From Octopus vulgaris (taxonomy: Eukaryota), in the NCBI GenBank assembly GCA_951406725.2, contig OX597819.1, positions 105,958,001-106,022,000 on the forward strand: a DNA stretch of 64,000 nt, given 5' to 3'. Position numbers and translations under genes: made by a program. The notes under the pieces were generated by a model. That model worked only from the letters and a program-made list of their open reading frames with translations, was not told the origin of the DNA and searched no databases. Below are positions 13,501-27,905 of the stretch, piece after piece. Within the stretch, counting starts at the first letter, position 1; every line of letters starts with the position of its first letter.

Positions 13501-14560
13501 AAATAAAAAGAAATGTTTTGTGTCTTCAAGAAATAATACCCGATAAATGTAAAACATTGGCTGCGATAAAAGAGTCTTGGTAAAAATTATGAAATGGTAG
13601 CAAAGACATTTAAATATCTGAAAGCTTAATTAAAAATTGGATTACAGAAAATTTCATATTCAGACGTTATAAAAATACCTTACATTGCTTCTACCCGATA
13701 TGATCTAACTATTCAAAAGTGAATAAAGAAAAAAACTCAGGAGTGGCCGAGTAGCGTTTAATTCAAAACAGATCTAAGTGATTTATTTACAGTACATGGC
13801 CAGAGTTTATTCTCCAGATTCTACAAAATCTCTTAAAATATAGTACGTATAAAGTAATTACAGAATATTTATTAACTGCTAGGATTTAATCGGTCGTGTG
13901 ATGACAAGCATACTCCTGGCAATTGGGTGCCTTTTGTCGAGGAAAATCTCTTACAAGCATTCTGACGTCCACAGATAATTTTCTGTGTACCATACCACCA
14001 GTGCTGCCCTTTCGCTTTTGGCGTAGCCATTGGTTAGTCCACATTACTCCGTAAAGAGCATAGGGTCGGTTTACTGGGTTTTCTGGCGCATACATTCCTT
14101 CCTAGACTTTATACCGGTCCGTCGCTGGATTACTCATTTTTACCAACTCAGTGAACTGGAGTAACCTTGTAACTGAAGTGTTTTCCTCAAGAACACAACG
14201 TATCATCCCGTCCAGGAATCGAAACCGCAATCTTAAGGTCATTATTCCAGCACCGTAACCACCAAGTCATGCGCTTCCACTCACATAGCCATTATATAAT
14301 TACAAATGATGTTAGCATGAGGAAATAACCGTGGGAAAGTGATGGAACAAATCTACATCAGAAAAGGTCCCACAGAATAACAAAATGACCTAAAATGGGT
14401 GACTGGACAAATCATAGAGAGAAAGTATCAAGACTGATATGCGAAAAATTAGTGCAAGAGTAGACTGGCAAATTAAAAGGAGCCAATGTATCACTTCTAA
14501 TGATTGAAAAATATAGGTGAAAAAAATGAAGAATTTAAAGATCTGTAAATGGAGATAATA
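10560..14560 (+). mobile_element. Highly degraded R4/Dong-like non-LTR retrotransposon fragments
   Basis: A-rich strand with ordered, broken RT-like motifs: DWFTE..TILI (~11685), LQGDSF (~12780), LHINDLK (HLLYMDDLK-like, ~12890), TQRLHVRK (RLY..RK-like, ~13370) and KYQD (~14425). Interrupted by other inserts. Confidence 0.55.
14055..14285 (-). mobile_element. tRNA-derived SINE, third family (V-SINE-like)
   Basis: Minus strand has a B-box-like ggtttcgattcc, then gtgttcttgaggaaaacact and atccagcgacggacc, resembling V-domain SINEs from memory. Confidence 0.5.
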
Positions 14561-14772
14561 TGTGAGAGTGAAACAGAAGCATCCTCCACAATTTTAGTTA
14601 AACGCTGGAACGATTGAAAAAGACGCTGATAAATATAAAACTAAAGCTCAGGATGTACAGACGGAGGAACATACACCCACACACTAACATATACTTACAT
14701 ATATTCATTTTTGCATATGTGTGTACATATATGTATATATAAATGTATATAAACACGCACCAAAATTTCATA

Positions 14773-15642
14773 TGTGAGGTCTGATCAATAAGTATCCGGA
14801 CTGTTGTTATAGTAACGAAGCTAAAGCAAGCAGAGTAAAGCCGCGGGGCAAAGATTGACCACATATTCTGCTGTGCATGCGCACTAAGTTTTAATGTTCT
14901 ACCTCACTTCCGCTGTTTACAGCAGTGCTTGGAATGAAGGAGTGTAGCGTGTGATACTTGCACTAACCATGACAGAAAATTATCATGGCGATACCTGCTC
15001 AGAGGCCTACGCAAAGTTTCAGAAAGCGTATAAAGAAGAGTGTAAGAGTCGCACACAAGTGTACGAGTGGTTCAGACGTTTCCAAGATGGCTAAAAAATG
15101 TCGATATTCACGAACGTTCTATGAGACCCGCAAGCTGCAGAACAGAGAAAGACATCGCAGATGTGCTTGCGGCTGTGAGGGGAAATCGTCGAATCACCAT
15201 CCGTTAGTTATCAGAGGATGTAGAGATTAGTTACAGTTCAGTTCATTATCACTGCAGCCTTGGGTATCAGACGCGTGTCTGCCAACATTTGTACCCAAAC
15301 TTCTTTCAGCTGACTAAAAAGACATTCGGGTTTCAGTTGTATTAGACCTTGATTGTGTTGAGAGCAATGAAAAAAACTTTTTGGAAACTTTCTGTAGGTC
15401 TCTGAGCAGGTGTCACCAAGCTTTTGTCAACATTTGATGCTGATTCTCTTGTCAACCTTCTCTGTCATGGTTAATGCGACGATCAGACGCTACACACAAC
15501 TGTAGACAGCAGCAGCGAGCTAGAACGTTAAAATTTAGTGCGCAGGCAGCGTTCAAGGTCAATCTGTGCATATCGGCTTTACTCTGCGTGTTTTAGGTTC
15601 GCTATTATGGCAACAGTCCGGATACTTATTGATCAGACCACG
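14773..15642 (+). mobile_element. Mariner-derived non-autonomous element with two 5' ends (long inverted repeats)
   Basis: 14773-~15025 is inverted at ~15378-15642 (ggtctgatcaataagtatccggactgttg...). The interior encodes SRTQVYEWFRRFQDG...NRRITIR. TA flanks are present. Confidence 0.88.
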
Positions 15643-15816
15643 TATGTATTACCTTTTACTCCTTGCTATCAACATCACATACCTGGATCAAAGAGGAGGC
15701 GGACTGAATCGCCACTATATACAAATATTGTAGGAATCATTTGCTTGTATACCACGACGATACCTACGTAAAATCAAATTCAATTAGACATTAGAAAGCA
15801 TCGCTTGAGCTGTCAG

Positions 15817-15819
<3 letters not shown>

Positions 15820-15880
<61 letters not shown>

Positions 15881-16089
15881 CGACTATATATATATAAATC
15901 GACTATATATAAATCGACTATATATATATATATATATAAATCGACTATATATATATATAAATCGACTATATATATATAAATCGACTATATTTATATATAA
16001 ATCGACTATATATATATAAATCGACTATATATAAATCGACTATATATAAATCGACTATATATAAATCGACTATATATATATATATCGAC

Positions 16090-16142
<53 letters not shown>

Positions 16143-16188
16143 CGACTATATATATATATAAATCGACTATATATATATAAATCGACTC
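15820..16188. repeat. (TA)n tract punctuated by about 15 aaatcgac units
   Basis: Directly visible. The last unit continues into a SINE. Confidence 0.93.
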
Positions 16189-16505
16189 CAGTACATAGTG
16201 TATTATGGAATCTAGTACTAATTCTATAAGTCCTGAGTAACGAGATCTTAATCTAACTAATATCGTTGTCAAGCGTTGGTGAAAAACAAACACAAACACA
16301 GAAATACACAAAGATGTATGTGTACATATACAAATACAGATACCTTCACACACACATACACACACTGGTTCATTTATTTTTCAACGAAATCCATTCACGA
16401 GGATTCGATCGGTCAGGGTTATAGTAGAAGACACATACCCAAGGAATGAGGTTGAATCTGGAAGCATGTGGTTAGAAAGCAGCTGTTTACAACACTACTA
16501 TGCCT
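16180..16505 (-). mobile_element. Degraded SINE family B
   Basis: Similar to the 44187-44572 copy (gttgtcaagcg, tagtagaagacac, cccaagg). Confidence 0.75.
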
Positions 16506-16683
16506 GTATGTGTGTATGCTGGACGCAGCTGTCGGTTAAATTTGCTCCAACAAAGGAATTATATGTAATATCCATCATTTTAACTTGTTTCTTACATATG
16601 CGTGTATATAAGTATATGTATGTATATATTTGTGTGTGCATATGTATATATATGTTTGTGTGTGTTGTGTGTATATATATATC

Positions 16684-16755
<72 letters not shown>

Positions 16756-17443
16756 TACATACACACACATACATGTATACATATAAACAAACATATCTAT
16801 ACGACTCCCTACTATTTAGCACTTCGATAAGTGAAAAACTACAGCATTCAACTATAATATTTACATCACACACATACACATACACATATGCGTGAAGACT
16901 CACACATGTGCGCTGGCACACATGTACGTCGAATGCTGTACTGTCTTCCAATAACGAATTCCAATCCTTGGTGTCTTTTTACGCTGCAATCGAATCACTT
17001 TATCTGAATCTAATGCATTTACTGTCAAAACAGTTTCTCCACTAAATAAGTTATAGCGTTGAAATTTCCCTCGATTATTGAGAGTTGGGAAACATGCAAT
17101 GTTTCTTTTGATTGTAGTTGCTGTATATTTAATTTATATATGGCGTTATATTTTATATATCATTTATTTGTGAACATTTGCGAAGTGCGTTAGCTATAAC
17201 TTCTAACTAACCATTCATTGATTCACTTTATTTTCGGCGGCGAGTGTGACAAGGGTGGAATAATACTCGGAGATAATTATGTTCGTTACAACGATCTATC
17301 GGCAGTGTATCGTTTTTCTAGCCAACCTGGAAGCATGCCCACAAACACGTACACGCTGTCACATATTTACAAGACAGCGACACCATTATATTAAAATTTA
17401 TTTACTATTTTATACGTACATACACCTTTCTCTCTCTCTCTCT

Positions 17444-17507
<64 letters not shown>

Positions 17508-17737
17508 ATGTGTATTTGAGTATGTGTGCGTGTGCGTACGCATCTATATCCATACACACACATTCATATAGGCGTAGGTATAGGTGTATGGCTACAAGGT
17601 CACCTTGCAAGAGTGTGGATTCAGGTTCAGTTCCATAACACGTAACCTTGCGTAACTATCTACGATAGAAACACAGAACCAATGTTTTGAGCTAAATTTC
17701 ACCACCTTTTAAGTCATCCCTTTTCCAGGAACACACA

Positions 17738-17789
<52 letters not shown>

Positions 17790-17793
<4 letters not shown>

Positions 17794-18120
17794 CAGCTAA
17801 GTCCGGTTTCACCCGGTCTGTTTGGATGATGTGTCTTGGATGATGTCAGAAAACAGTTTCAGGAGTTGTAAAAACAAACTTTGTACGTAGTCTGTTTGTG
17901 AGAGCTACTCTATTGGATCTCTGTCTAATAATTAAAACATTGATTTAATTATGAACATAGAAAGAAATTATACATTAATCCCTATTTTTGTAAGCAGTTA
18001 TATCCGTAAAAGTTTTATTTGCAGAGAGCAGAAATTGAAATGAAATGGACGTGTGTGTGTGTATGTGTGTGCGTGCGTGCGTATCGTATAAACATTTTAC
18101 GATAGTTGATTTATAGAAAA
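17790..18120 (-). mobile_element. Possible non-autonomous Helitron-like element, 3' end at the (TA)n tract
   Basis: Minus strand ends ccgggtgaaaccggacttagctgcta, a GC hairpin ~10 nt before a CTAG-like terminus. The extent of the element is uncertain. Confidence 0.4.
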
Positions 18121-18289
18121 TATTATGTTAAATTTTTGAAATGCAAATATGGTAGCTAGACCAGCTAGAAATAGCAGCCAAATCTCCCTACTGTCTTAAT
18201 CCTATAATTCTGCCTATTATGTTGTTTGAATGAGAAACTAGAACTAAAGATTAAGATTATTAATCCCACAAAGAGGTGAAAGAAGAGAA

Positions 18290-19388
18290 ACAGCATAGCG
18301 GAAGTTCTCCTTGATTAAGTTGGTGAATGCTTCCTTAATCCTTTCCAACAGTTCATCTTTGATGTTACAAGGAGTTTTATTGGTCTCTATGTAACTGTAC
18401 TTCACACATAACAGTTAAGGGGTTTGCAATCTGGAGAGTTACGTGGCCGGATGTTAGGGGTGATGTGGTCGTAGGAATTGTCTGACAGCCATGACTGGGT
18501 TCTTCTAATTATGAGGCATGGAGCAGAGTCCTGTTGTCAGATATAGTGACTCCCAGCAGTCACCCTCTTGACACAAGGCAGCACTACCTATTCCAGGCAC
18601 TCGATGTAGGCCTCCGTGATGAGTGTGATGCTATGTGGGCAGATGAATGGAGGTATACCGTCGCCATCACTAATGATCACTCCAAATGCAATGATGCTGA
18701 CTGGACGTTTTTATCACTCTCAGTGCATGTTTTGGGGACACAGCAAACCAACGGTTGTTCTCTGTATTCACTATCTGATCTCGTCAGAGAAAAACCAAAG
18801 GATATTCGGTCGGAGGGGATGCTTGAGTTTGTTCAAAAGCTTCGTAGCGCAGTCTCTCCTTTTCTCCTTGAGGGCTTGGGATAAAGATTTGCCCTTTCTT
18901 ATCTTGTATGAGGAATACCGAATGTCGTCATGCACTTCCTGCCTGATAAGAAACTAAGACACTTCCATGTCCCTGGTGGTGGACCTGACTGACTAGGAGG
19001 GGGTCTTTCTCAATCATGGCCTGGATCTCACCGACAAATTGAGGAGTTCTTTTCTTATTAAAATGTTCAGAGTGAGTTTTCTGAGCTGCTGTACCTTTGT
19101 AATCACCATTAGACTCATCCTACTGTTTCCGAATCATATGCACTGTCTTCGGATTGACACCTAAACACACTGAAATGTTCATACTGGAGCTTCCGGTGCG
19201 TATGCCAAGCATTACAGCATGTCGTTTACAAATTACTGACAGAATGAATTGCGTCATGGTGCTGATTTTCTCTCAGACGGTGCCCATATGACCCTATTAT
19301 ACTGTAGTCGACAAAATCAAAGGCAAACAATGCACAAACACGAAATTAAAAGTATAAAATTGCATCAATTTACTCATCGCACCCTGTA
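18290..19388 (-). mobile_element. maT-type (DD37D) Tc1/mariner transposon relic
   Basis: TIR start tacagggtg at 19388. Minus frames give MTQF...KRHAV, RTPQFVGEIQAMIEKDP, WFFSDE, QQDSAPC and NSPDCKPLN (SPDxNPLD-like). Confidence 0.85.
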
Positions 19389-19389
19389 T

Positions 19390-19420
<31 letters not shown>

Positions 19421-19437
19421 CATAAACACACGCATAT

Positions 19438-19726
19438 AGTTAAAAGAAGAAAAGAAAATGGAAATAAAGAAGTTAACAATTATTTATTATTAACAAACTG
19501 GTCATCTTCGCTCCTTATAGAAGTTTAAATTAATAATATATAATTTAATTACAAATTTATACATTAAATTTGCATATACATGACATGAACATAATTTCAT
19601 CACAGAAAAAATTTGTAATTAAATTATTGAGATTTAATTGAAACAGCTGTAAATAGCGATGGCCCTTTTATTAATAATAAATAATTGTTAACTTCCTTTT
19701 CTCCCTTTTCATTTCTTCTTTTAACT
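19438..19726. repeat. Fold-back element with ~120-bp diverged inverted arms
   Basis: agttaaaagaagaaa...gaagttaacaattatttattattaa...ataatttaattacaaattt is mirrored at 19608-19726. Confidence 0.85.
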
Positions 19727-19899
19727 GGATATAAACTATATGCTTAATAAATACCTATTGTTTTAATATATACCTATTGTTTTGAGGTAATTTCATCCCC
19801 CAACAACACTAGATATTGAACCAATATTTCCGTGGATGCAGCCATCCCTTATCGCGTTTAACATATCCTCAAAGTAAATTTGTACACACACACACACAC

Positions 19900-19987
<88 letters not shown>

Positions 19988-20236
19988 GTGTGTGTATGTG
20001 TGCGCGTGTGTGTGTGTGTGTATTCAGTGCATCTATACGACTGCAAATTGTGAGAAACTAAATCTACCTACATTATTATGGATCGTTGAACCCCCATAAA
20101 CAACTTTCTTCCCCACTTTAATTTTCTCTGTTATTTGTACTCTGTGTAAGTTGGACCGATTGTTACGAATATATATTTCTTTCTATATATATATATATAT
20201 ATATATAATCTATTTATCTGTCCGTCCGTCCGTCTA

Positions 20237-20284
<48 letters not shown>

Positions 20285-20732
20285 TCTATCTACGAAAGTG
20301 TTCGTCATCTGAAAGTTTCCACCTTTTATAACATAATTTATCTCGTGTATTCTACTTTTTACATTTGTCTTTCTCTTATTTCATTTCAAAATATTTCATG
20401 TTAAACTTTTAGATTAAAACCCCACCCCAGCAACCCACAAATCAACTAAAACATAAAAGCAATAATATTACGAAAAATCTTATATTGCCAGGAACGCAAC
20501 GAACAAGACAGTTTTCTGAAACCAAAATCTCTTCTGAATTTTACTTAAGATTACAGTCATCCACAGAGACCCCAATCTTATAAATAACATCTAAAATTTC
20601 TTGTTACGTCTCTATTCTTCTAGGTCGATACCGAAAGATCTATATGTAAGTATAATAATCAAAGTGTTTTTTTCTAAAACTGAGAATCACCAATATATAT
20701 ATCAATATATATCAATATATATCAATATATAT

Positions 20733-20788
<56 letters not shown>

Positions 20789-21384
20789 ATATATATTGAT
20801 ATAAATGCTGTACGTTTGAAGCAGTTGACATTTCCCTTTAAATATTCAGAATGATTGCACTAGTGAGTGTTAATTTTATTCATAAGTTTGTGTTTCCTTC
20901 GAATGATCTGAAGAATGTATAATGCATACAGACATATACATACATGCATACTTAGAAACAGACATACATATTACTTACATATTCGTAAGCCAGTATGTGT
21001 AATCATATTCTATGTGCACGTATATAGAATGCGTATATTTGTGCGTGACCTTGTATTTATCTGTATTCGTTTATAGTTGCATTTCTTTATAGTTGCATTC
21101 ACCACACTCAAGCGTATTCACATATCTTTTCGTGATGTTTTCGTGATACATCCTCAAGGGTTCTAAATCTAAAACTTTAATTATACAATTTAAGTTAATT
21201 TTAGCTTTTAATTATATTTCCTTATGTAGTACGTGCCACTGTTAGACACATATGCAATTGAAAGAATCTAATCAAGATTTTTCAATGTATATATAGTTAT
21301 ATACATATACAGATATATACATATATAAATATTTCAAGTGATGTATAGAATATAATTTGTTTTCTTAGGCTTATTTGTACTTTT

Positions 21385-21780
21385 CATGTTTTCGTTTGTT
21401 GGAGCAAATTTTTCCATGATTTTGCAGATGTGTGAAGTTAGAGAGCTAGGCCTAGAATTTTTGGCATCTACTCTGCTTCCTCCGTTATGGATTGGGCATA
21501 TTATTCTATTATTCCCTCCTTCAGCTTGCTTGGTAGCTTGCCATTCGCAAGAAAAATTCTGGACGTGAATCTGTAGGGGTTTCGTCAGTGTACGTTTGCA
21601 CGATTTTAGGAGGATTGCTGGGAAATCATCAGGCCAGCAGCTCTGCTTGTGTCCAACTCATCTATGGCTAGTGTTATATCTTCTTCACCAATGTCGATGT
21701 AATCTGTCGTAAGTGCCACCTTGGTTGTAGGTGAGGCAGCAAAGAAATCCATTGATTCGTTCACTTGTCTGTGTTCCAAC
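21385..21780 (-). mobile_element. LINE reverse transcriptase N-terminal fragment (CR1/Jockey-like)
   Basis: Minus frames give [44 protein letters not shown] and CPIHNGGSRVDAKNSRPSSLTSHICKIMEK (NYRPISLTS-like). Confidence 0.8.
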
Positions 21781-21861
21781 ACATGTATATATATATATGT
21801 ATGTGTGTATGCGTGTTTATATGCATACATACATACGTATGCATGTATGTATGTATGTACG

Positions 21862-22046
<185 letters not shown>

Positions 22047-22497
22047 CGCACGCGGTAGTCAACATTTAAGGTCAACATTTATATATATATAATGATGTTA
22101 TACAATATACAATGAAACTCTTCCGGCAACTTTTAAAAACGAAGTGAGACAATGACGTGAGGAATAATCCACAGATTCTCAGGATGGATTCTTCGTTTAG
22201 AGAAGTCGCCTGACGTTACATAGCGTATGCATAAATCTGAATAATTTTCATAGAAAATAATTGTAGCATGAGTCTTCAATTCAATACTATGTTTTATTTA
22301 TATATTTTATTCTTCTTTGAATACTTTGTATACTATTGAAATTACCGATTAACAAACAGCAGTGTCTTAACTTCATCGATGTTTTCTGCGCTGATAATGG
22401 ATAACTTCTGTTTTGCGTGATTCTGCCTAGCTAATTACTGGCGTGCTTCACGTTTTATATACTTTTATTATTTTTGGATCATTGTAGCTGAAATATC

Positions 22498-23035
<538 letters not shown>

Positions 23036-25530
23036 ACACAATTTCATGACCATTTACAAGAATCTCTCCTCACAAGAAACATTGCTAAGGCAAATTATAC
23101 TTAGCTAATTGCTATTTCAAGGCTTATAATGTCTGTGTCACCTATATCTGTAGGAATGTAATTTTCTACTATTATATTCTATTCTCTATATTCATTCGTA
23201 TTAATCTACACTGAAATTTAATACATTCGTATAATATCTAAATCATATTTCGCAATTTATTTTCATGTATATCTTCATATCCTTTCGTTAATTGCCTTAA
23301 CCTGTTCATGCACTTTCTATTTTTATGGCTACCAACTTCAGATCTTATTACCATAACCTCTCAAATTTTATATGCAACTTCGCAGTTTTCTTAATGGCGT
23401 GAAGTTCTACATTACTCGTACACGTCTATACTTCCCCAGCAAATTATAGCTATCCCCATACTTTTACCGAAATAAGAAATTAAACTGTCGCATTTTCAAA
23501 AGTTACACCACTTTAATTATCTTAAGTGTCTTCCGTCTTACTTTTCTCTCTTTTCGTTTCTTATTACATTTCTTATTTCCAATAGATGTAGAATCATGCA
23601 TCTTATATACATCTTCAATAAATACTCCTGAAGTCAATCAAGAATGAAACACAAGCGTTGTGATAGTTGTTGCACTCGTTTTTCGTAAAAAGGAGTGAAG
23701 TACATTATAAGTATTTCGACTCTTTTTCTATTTACTTTTTTTCAAAATTATCATACAAATAAGCCGTTAAGAAATTTGTGAAGTTGCAGATAAATTCCGA
23801 GTGATTATGGTAATAAGGTTTGAAATTTGTGGCAATAAAATCTTAAGTGTATGAGTTGATTAAAACAAGCTATGAAAGGTTATGACGGTAAGAGGTTATA
23901 AATTAAAATAAATGCCATAAAATGTCCTGGACATCAGACAATTATTTTAAAATTCTTTGAAAGCTAACAAGAAATTAAATAGTTGTAAAATAATCGCAGA
24001 GAATGGTATTTCTTATGATATAGGTGACAAGGTCATTGCTACACTAGGAATCGAATTAGTTTAGCATAATTCATTTTTATATAGATTATATTGACGTCAG
24101 AGTAGTTTATTTCGATATTTCGTTAAAGTGCTGGTATTAAGACATATGTTCTCACTGGAGGAAATGAGCACGGTCGTTAAAATAGATACAGAAGAAAAAT
24201 ATGTAAAAATATTGAAGAAGAGTGTAAATAAAATATATGCAGACTACATCTTTTGTAACTGTCGAATAATTCAGGTTACGCCATCTAATATGAAACTAGA
24301 TGGTAAAGGGACACAATTAAGTCGAGATAATTTGAGACGAAGAATAAGTTTAGAAAGAAAAAGATAGAATAAGAAAAAGCGAACGAAAAATATGTAAGAA
24401 ACATTTTTAAAGCATAAACATGCATACAACAGGAATATATTTCTAATTGTGTTCATATATCTAATAGTGGTGACATATATATAAATATAAATATAATTTC
24501 TCTTATATTAATTATTGCTGTTATTTCATGCCACATCAGCTCTCACTCAGTAGATGTAAGATCAGAACTACCACCAGGAAAAATAAGCTGGGCTTTTCTT
24601 CAGCAGAATGTACGAGTATGACCTAATATATCCCCTTCCCATGATATTCCGTTCCTTCCATAGTGTGAGAGAGATTTTGATGGTATTTTTATCAGGCTTT
24701 CTCAATAATATTCCCACTGTATATTAATTTTGTAATCCTAATTATGATATATTAATTAAATATCTGTTTATAAAGTTGAGTGAAAATATCAATGAAATTC
24801 AAACCATATATATTTAGTCAATAACAAAGTTGAAAAAAATTCTTTTAGTCAATGTTATATTTATTTTCAGTTTAAGAATTATGGTATCAGTTTTGAAAAG
24901 TGGGGTGTATATATAATAGGTTTTAGTACTTGACTAGGATCGGTATTATTTACAATTAATTTATCGGCCCCAAATGCAAGAAAGTTACGGTTTATCACGG
25001 TTGCATTCGATGTTGTTTCGACAACGGCTGAGAACAATAAAAAAAACTCCACAAGAAATAATTATGCTGTAGGCAAAATCAATATTAGTTATTGGAATAT
25101 ACCATTTTAGTTATTTTACTACATAGGTAACCAATTTAGTGATGTAACAATATATGAGAAAATCAGTAACTAAAACGATGCACACTAGTTTCTGTAAAAA
25201 AAAACCATAACTGTTTTGTGAACTGTCACGTTCTTTGTCTGAAAAACAATACCCAAGTTATATAATGTAAAGGGTGTTGAAAATCAAATCAACTATTGCA
25301 AGTAAAATATTTTTAGCATATTTCCCCTGCAATATTTAACATTGACCCTTCCCTTGTAAATGTAACTCATTATGAAAATTTGAAGGTGTTAAATTATAAC
25401 TCAACTCACGTTTGCTGGAAGGCGACTTGAAATTTTTTCAGATCTACTGTAAATGAAAAAGATTTAAAGACTGGAATTAGTTTACAGTAATTTAAAATTT
25501 GAACATTTCATAACTCAACACGTAGATACG

Positions 25531-25575
<45 letters not shown>

Positions 25576-25586
25576 ATCTCTCTATT

Positions 25587-25659
<73 letters not shown>

Positions 25660-25859
25660 GTGTATAAGCATATAATATATATGCATATAATACGTATATA
25701 TGTATGTTTCATATATAAAACTATCAGAATGAGATAAACAGAATATATATGTATATATATATGTATATATATATAAAGATATATACACACACACACACAC
25801 ATACATTCAGATGCAAATATATTTGCATGTATGATATCATTCGTATATGCAAATGTGTA

Positions 25860-26160
25860 ATTGGAATGATAACATTGCTGTAGTTTATTTACTTATAAAC
25901 GTTTTCCAATTTTTCTCATAAGTTTGTTGTAGTTTATAACTCTGAAATTTCCAAATCCATCTCCAATGTTTCTAGTATTGCGCATTGAGTTGGTGTGTCA
26001 TACCCTTGTTATTTTGTAAACAAAGCCAATATATTTGTTATTAACATCTGAAACGGAAATTTTGGCCCTTACATTGGCACATATTCAGTCACCGAATGTT
26101 GAAGTTTTTCTTGTTCTAAATGTAGATTTTGTGTGCTTATGTTAGAATTGCGCTCTATAA
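25860..26160 (-). mobile_element. Degraded PLE GIY-YIG endonuclease fragment (Naiad-like)
   Basis: Minus strand broken frames give CQCK, FVYKIT, RNIG...FR and TTAMLS, in the same order as the motifs at 52467-52844. Confidence 0.4.
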
Positions 26161-26194
26161 TGAACATTGCTTCTGTTAGTAATCGTTATAAATA

Positions 26195-26400
26195 CGCGAT
26201 GTAGTAAAATCATTAGCACTTCAGCTAAATGTTTAGCAGCATTTCTTCTAGCTTAAGTTGTGAGTTCAAATGTCGCTGAGGTCGTCCTTGCTTCTCATCC
26301 GTTTGGGATCGATAAAACAAGTACCAATTAGACACTGGAGTCGATGCACTCGATCGGCTCTCTCCCCCAAATTTTTGATCACATGCTAATAGTAGAAAAA
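26195..26400 (+). mobile_element. SINE family A monomer
   Basis: gagttcaaatgtcgctgaggtcg...catccgtttgggatcgataaaacaagtacc. Confidence 0.75.
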
Positions 26401-27699
26401 ATTATTAATCGTCACGAAGTCACAATCAGGCAGTAACGTTACAGTGTCGACAAAACTTTAGAATATTTACATTCGGATTTCAAAACCCACCGAAGTTACT
26501 GCTTATCCCTTTGGGGTTAATAATTAAAGTACTAGTCAAGTACTGAAGTTGTTGGTTTCGTCTATTTCTCTTTCTTAAAAGTGCGGAATCGTAGCAAAAT
26601 TAAAACAAATTAAGTACCTAAATTTGTAATAATGTGTCATATAATTGTATGTTGTTACTAAATTCTTTATATTGCTTTTTGTTTCGTGTGGTTGGATGTA
26701 GATAATTGTACTGAGTGATGGAGCAGCCATGGGATCTACGTCGTTACGATAGGAAACAAACTAGTACTAAAGCATAAATATACTCGTCATTATAACCACA
26801 GCGGTAAATGTCGATATATTTGATAATAAACCTTGTACTAAAGTTAAACATTCAAAGTAATACAAATAATAGTTCTAGTATTACAATATCTCCACTTCTA
26901 GATGTAAGCTTTTATACGGGAAATAACAGGTACCTGATACAGCATCACAATCTACTTTAAAGAAAGTAATAGAAGCCTGTATTTCCGCAGAGACATTTAA
27001 TATGAGATGTAAGATTATTAATTAGAAGTAAAATTCGATTTTTCAACCGCAAATAGAACATTAGATAAAGTAATTTAAAGAGTAAACTAAATATCAATAA
27101 AGTGCAGTTATTCAAACAAACAAATAGACCATAACATAGAACAATATAGACACAAAATCAACACAATAGATAAATTAGCATTTACATCTATTAAAAATAA
27201 ATCAGCCAAACATATAGTACATTCAAGTAATTAAACTATAGGATAGAAACTAACTACATAATGCTAAGTATGTAATAGTTTAGAACATCAAAAACCACAT
27301 CGAATAGAACACAAAATGTATTCACCGAAACTATAAACTAATACAAATAATGTAATAGACAAACACGAAAATTATTTTTTAAAAAACGACTGACTATCAA
27401 TTGAAATTTTGTAATAGCTCAGACAAGGCACAAAGAAAACAATAAGTTTAACAAATTTTATGGCAAACTTGATGTTTTTAAAGGCTTTTAATATACTACT
27501 TATCTCGTCGCTTCAAAATGCACTTACTAAAAAGAACATTACAATGCAGAATAACCTATTACAGAAAACGAAACTGGATAAAAATAACATTAGTAAACAG
27601 TATAACTACCGTATAAAGAATTCCTCACGAAAATTATTTATAAGATAAATGGAGCAATACTACTAGTATAGCTAAATACACTTAAACAATAATAATTTT

Positions 27700-27905
27700 T
27701 TTCTAATTATAGCACAAAGCAAGCAATCTTGATGGGAGGGAGGAATCGATTACATCACCCCCACCAATGCCCAAATGGTACTTATTTTTGCACTCACAAA
27801 ACGATGAAAGTCAAATTGACTTCGGTGGAATTTGAACTCTGAACGTAAAGAGCCGAACGAAACGCTGCTAAGTACTTTCGTACAACGTGCTAATAATTCT
27901 GCAGA
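27700..27905 (-). mobile_element. SINE family A monomer, degraded
   Basis: ggtacttattt...gatgaaag...ggtggaatttgaactctgaacgtaa. Confidence 0.75.

Noticed and set aside
15820-16188. CRISPR-like repeat/spacer appearance (also at 34750-34985)
   Set aside because: Spacers are only (TA)n, there are no cas genes, and the context is eukaryotic.
23040-24480. Strand-biased segments resembling further R4-like LINE relics (also 26700-27680 and 61900-62170)
   Set aside because: Too decayed to assign with confidence by eye.
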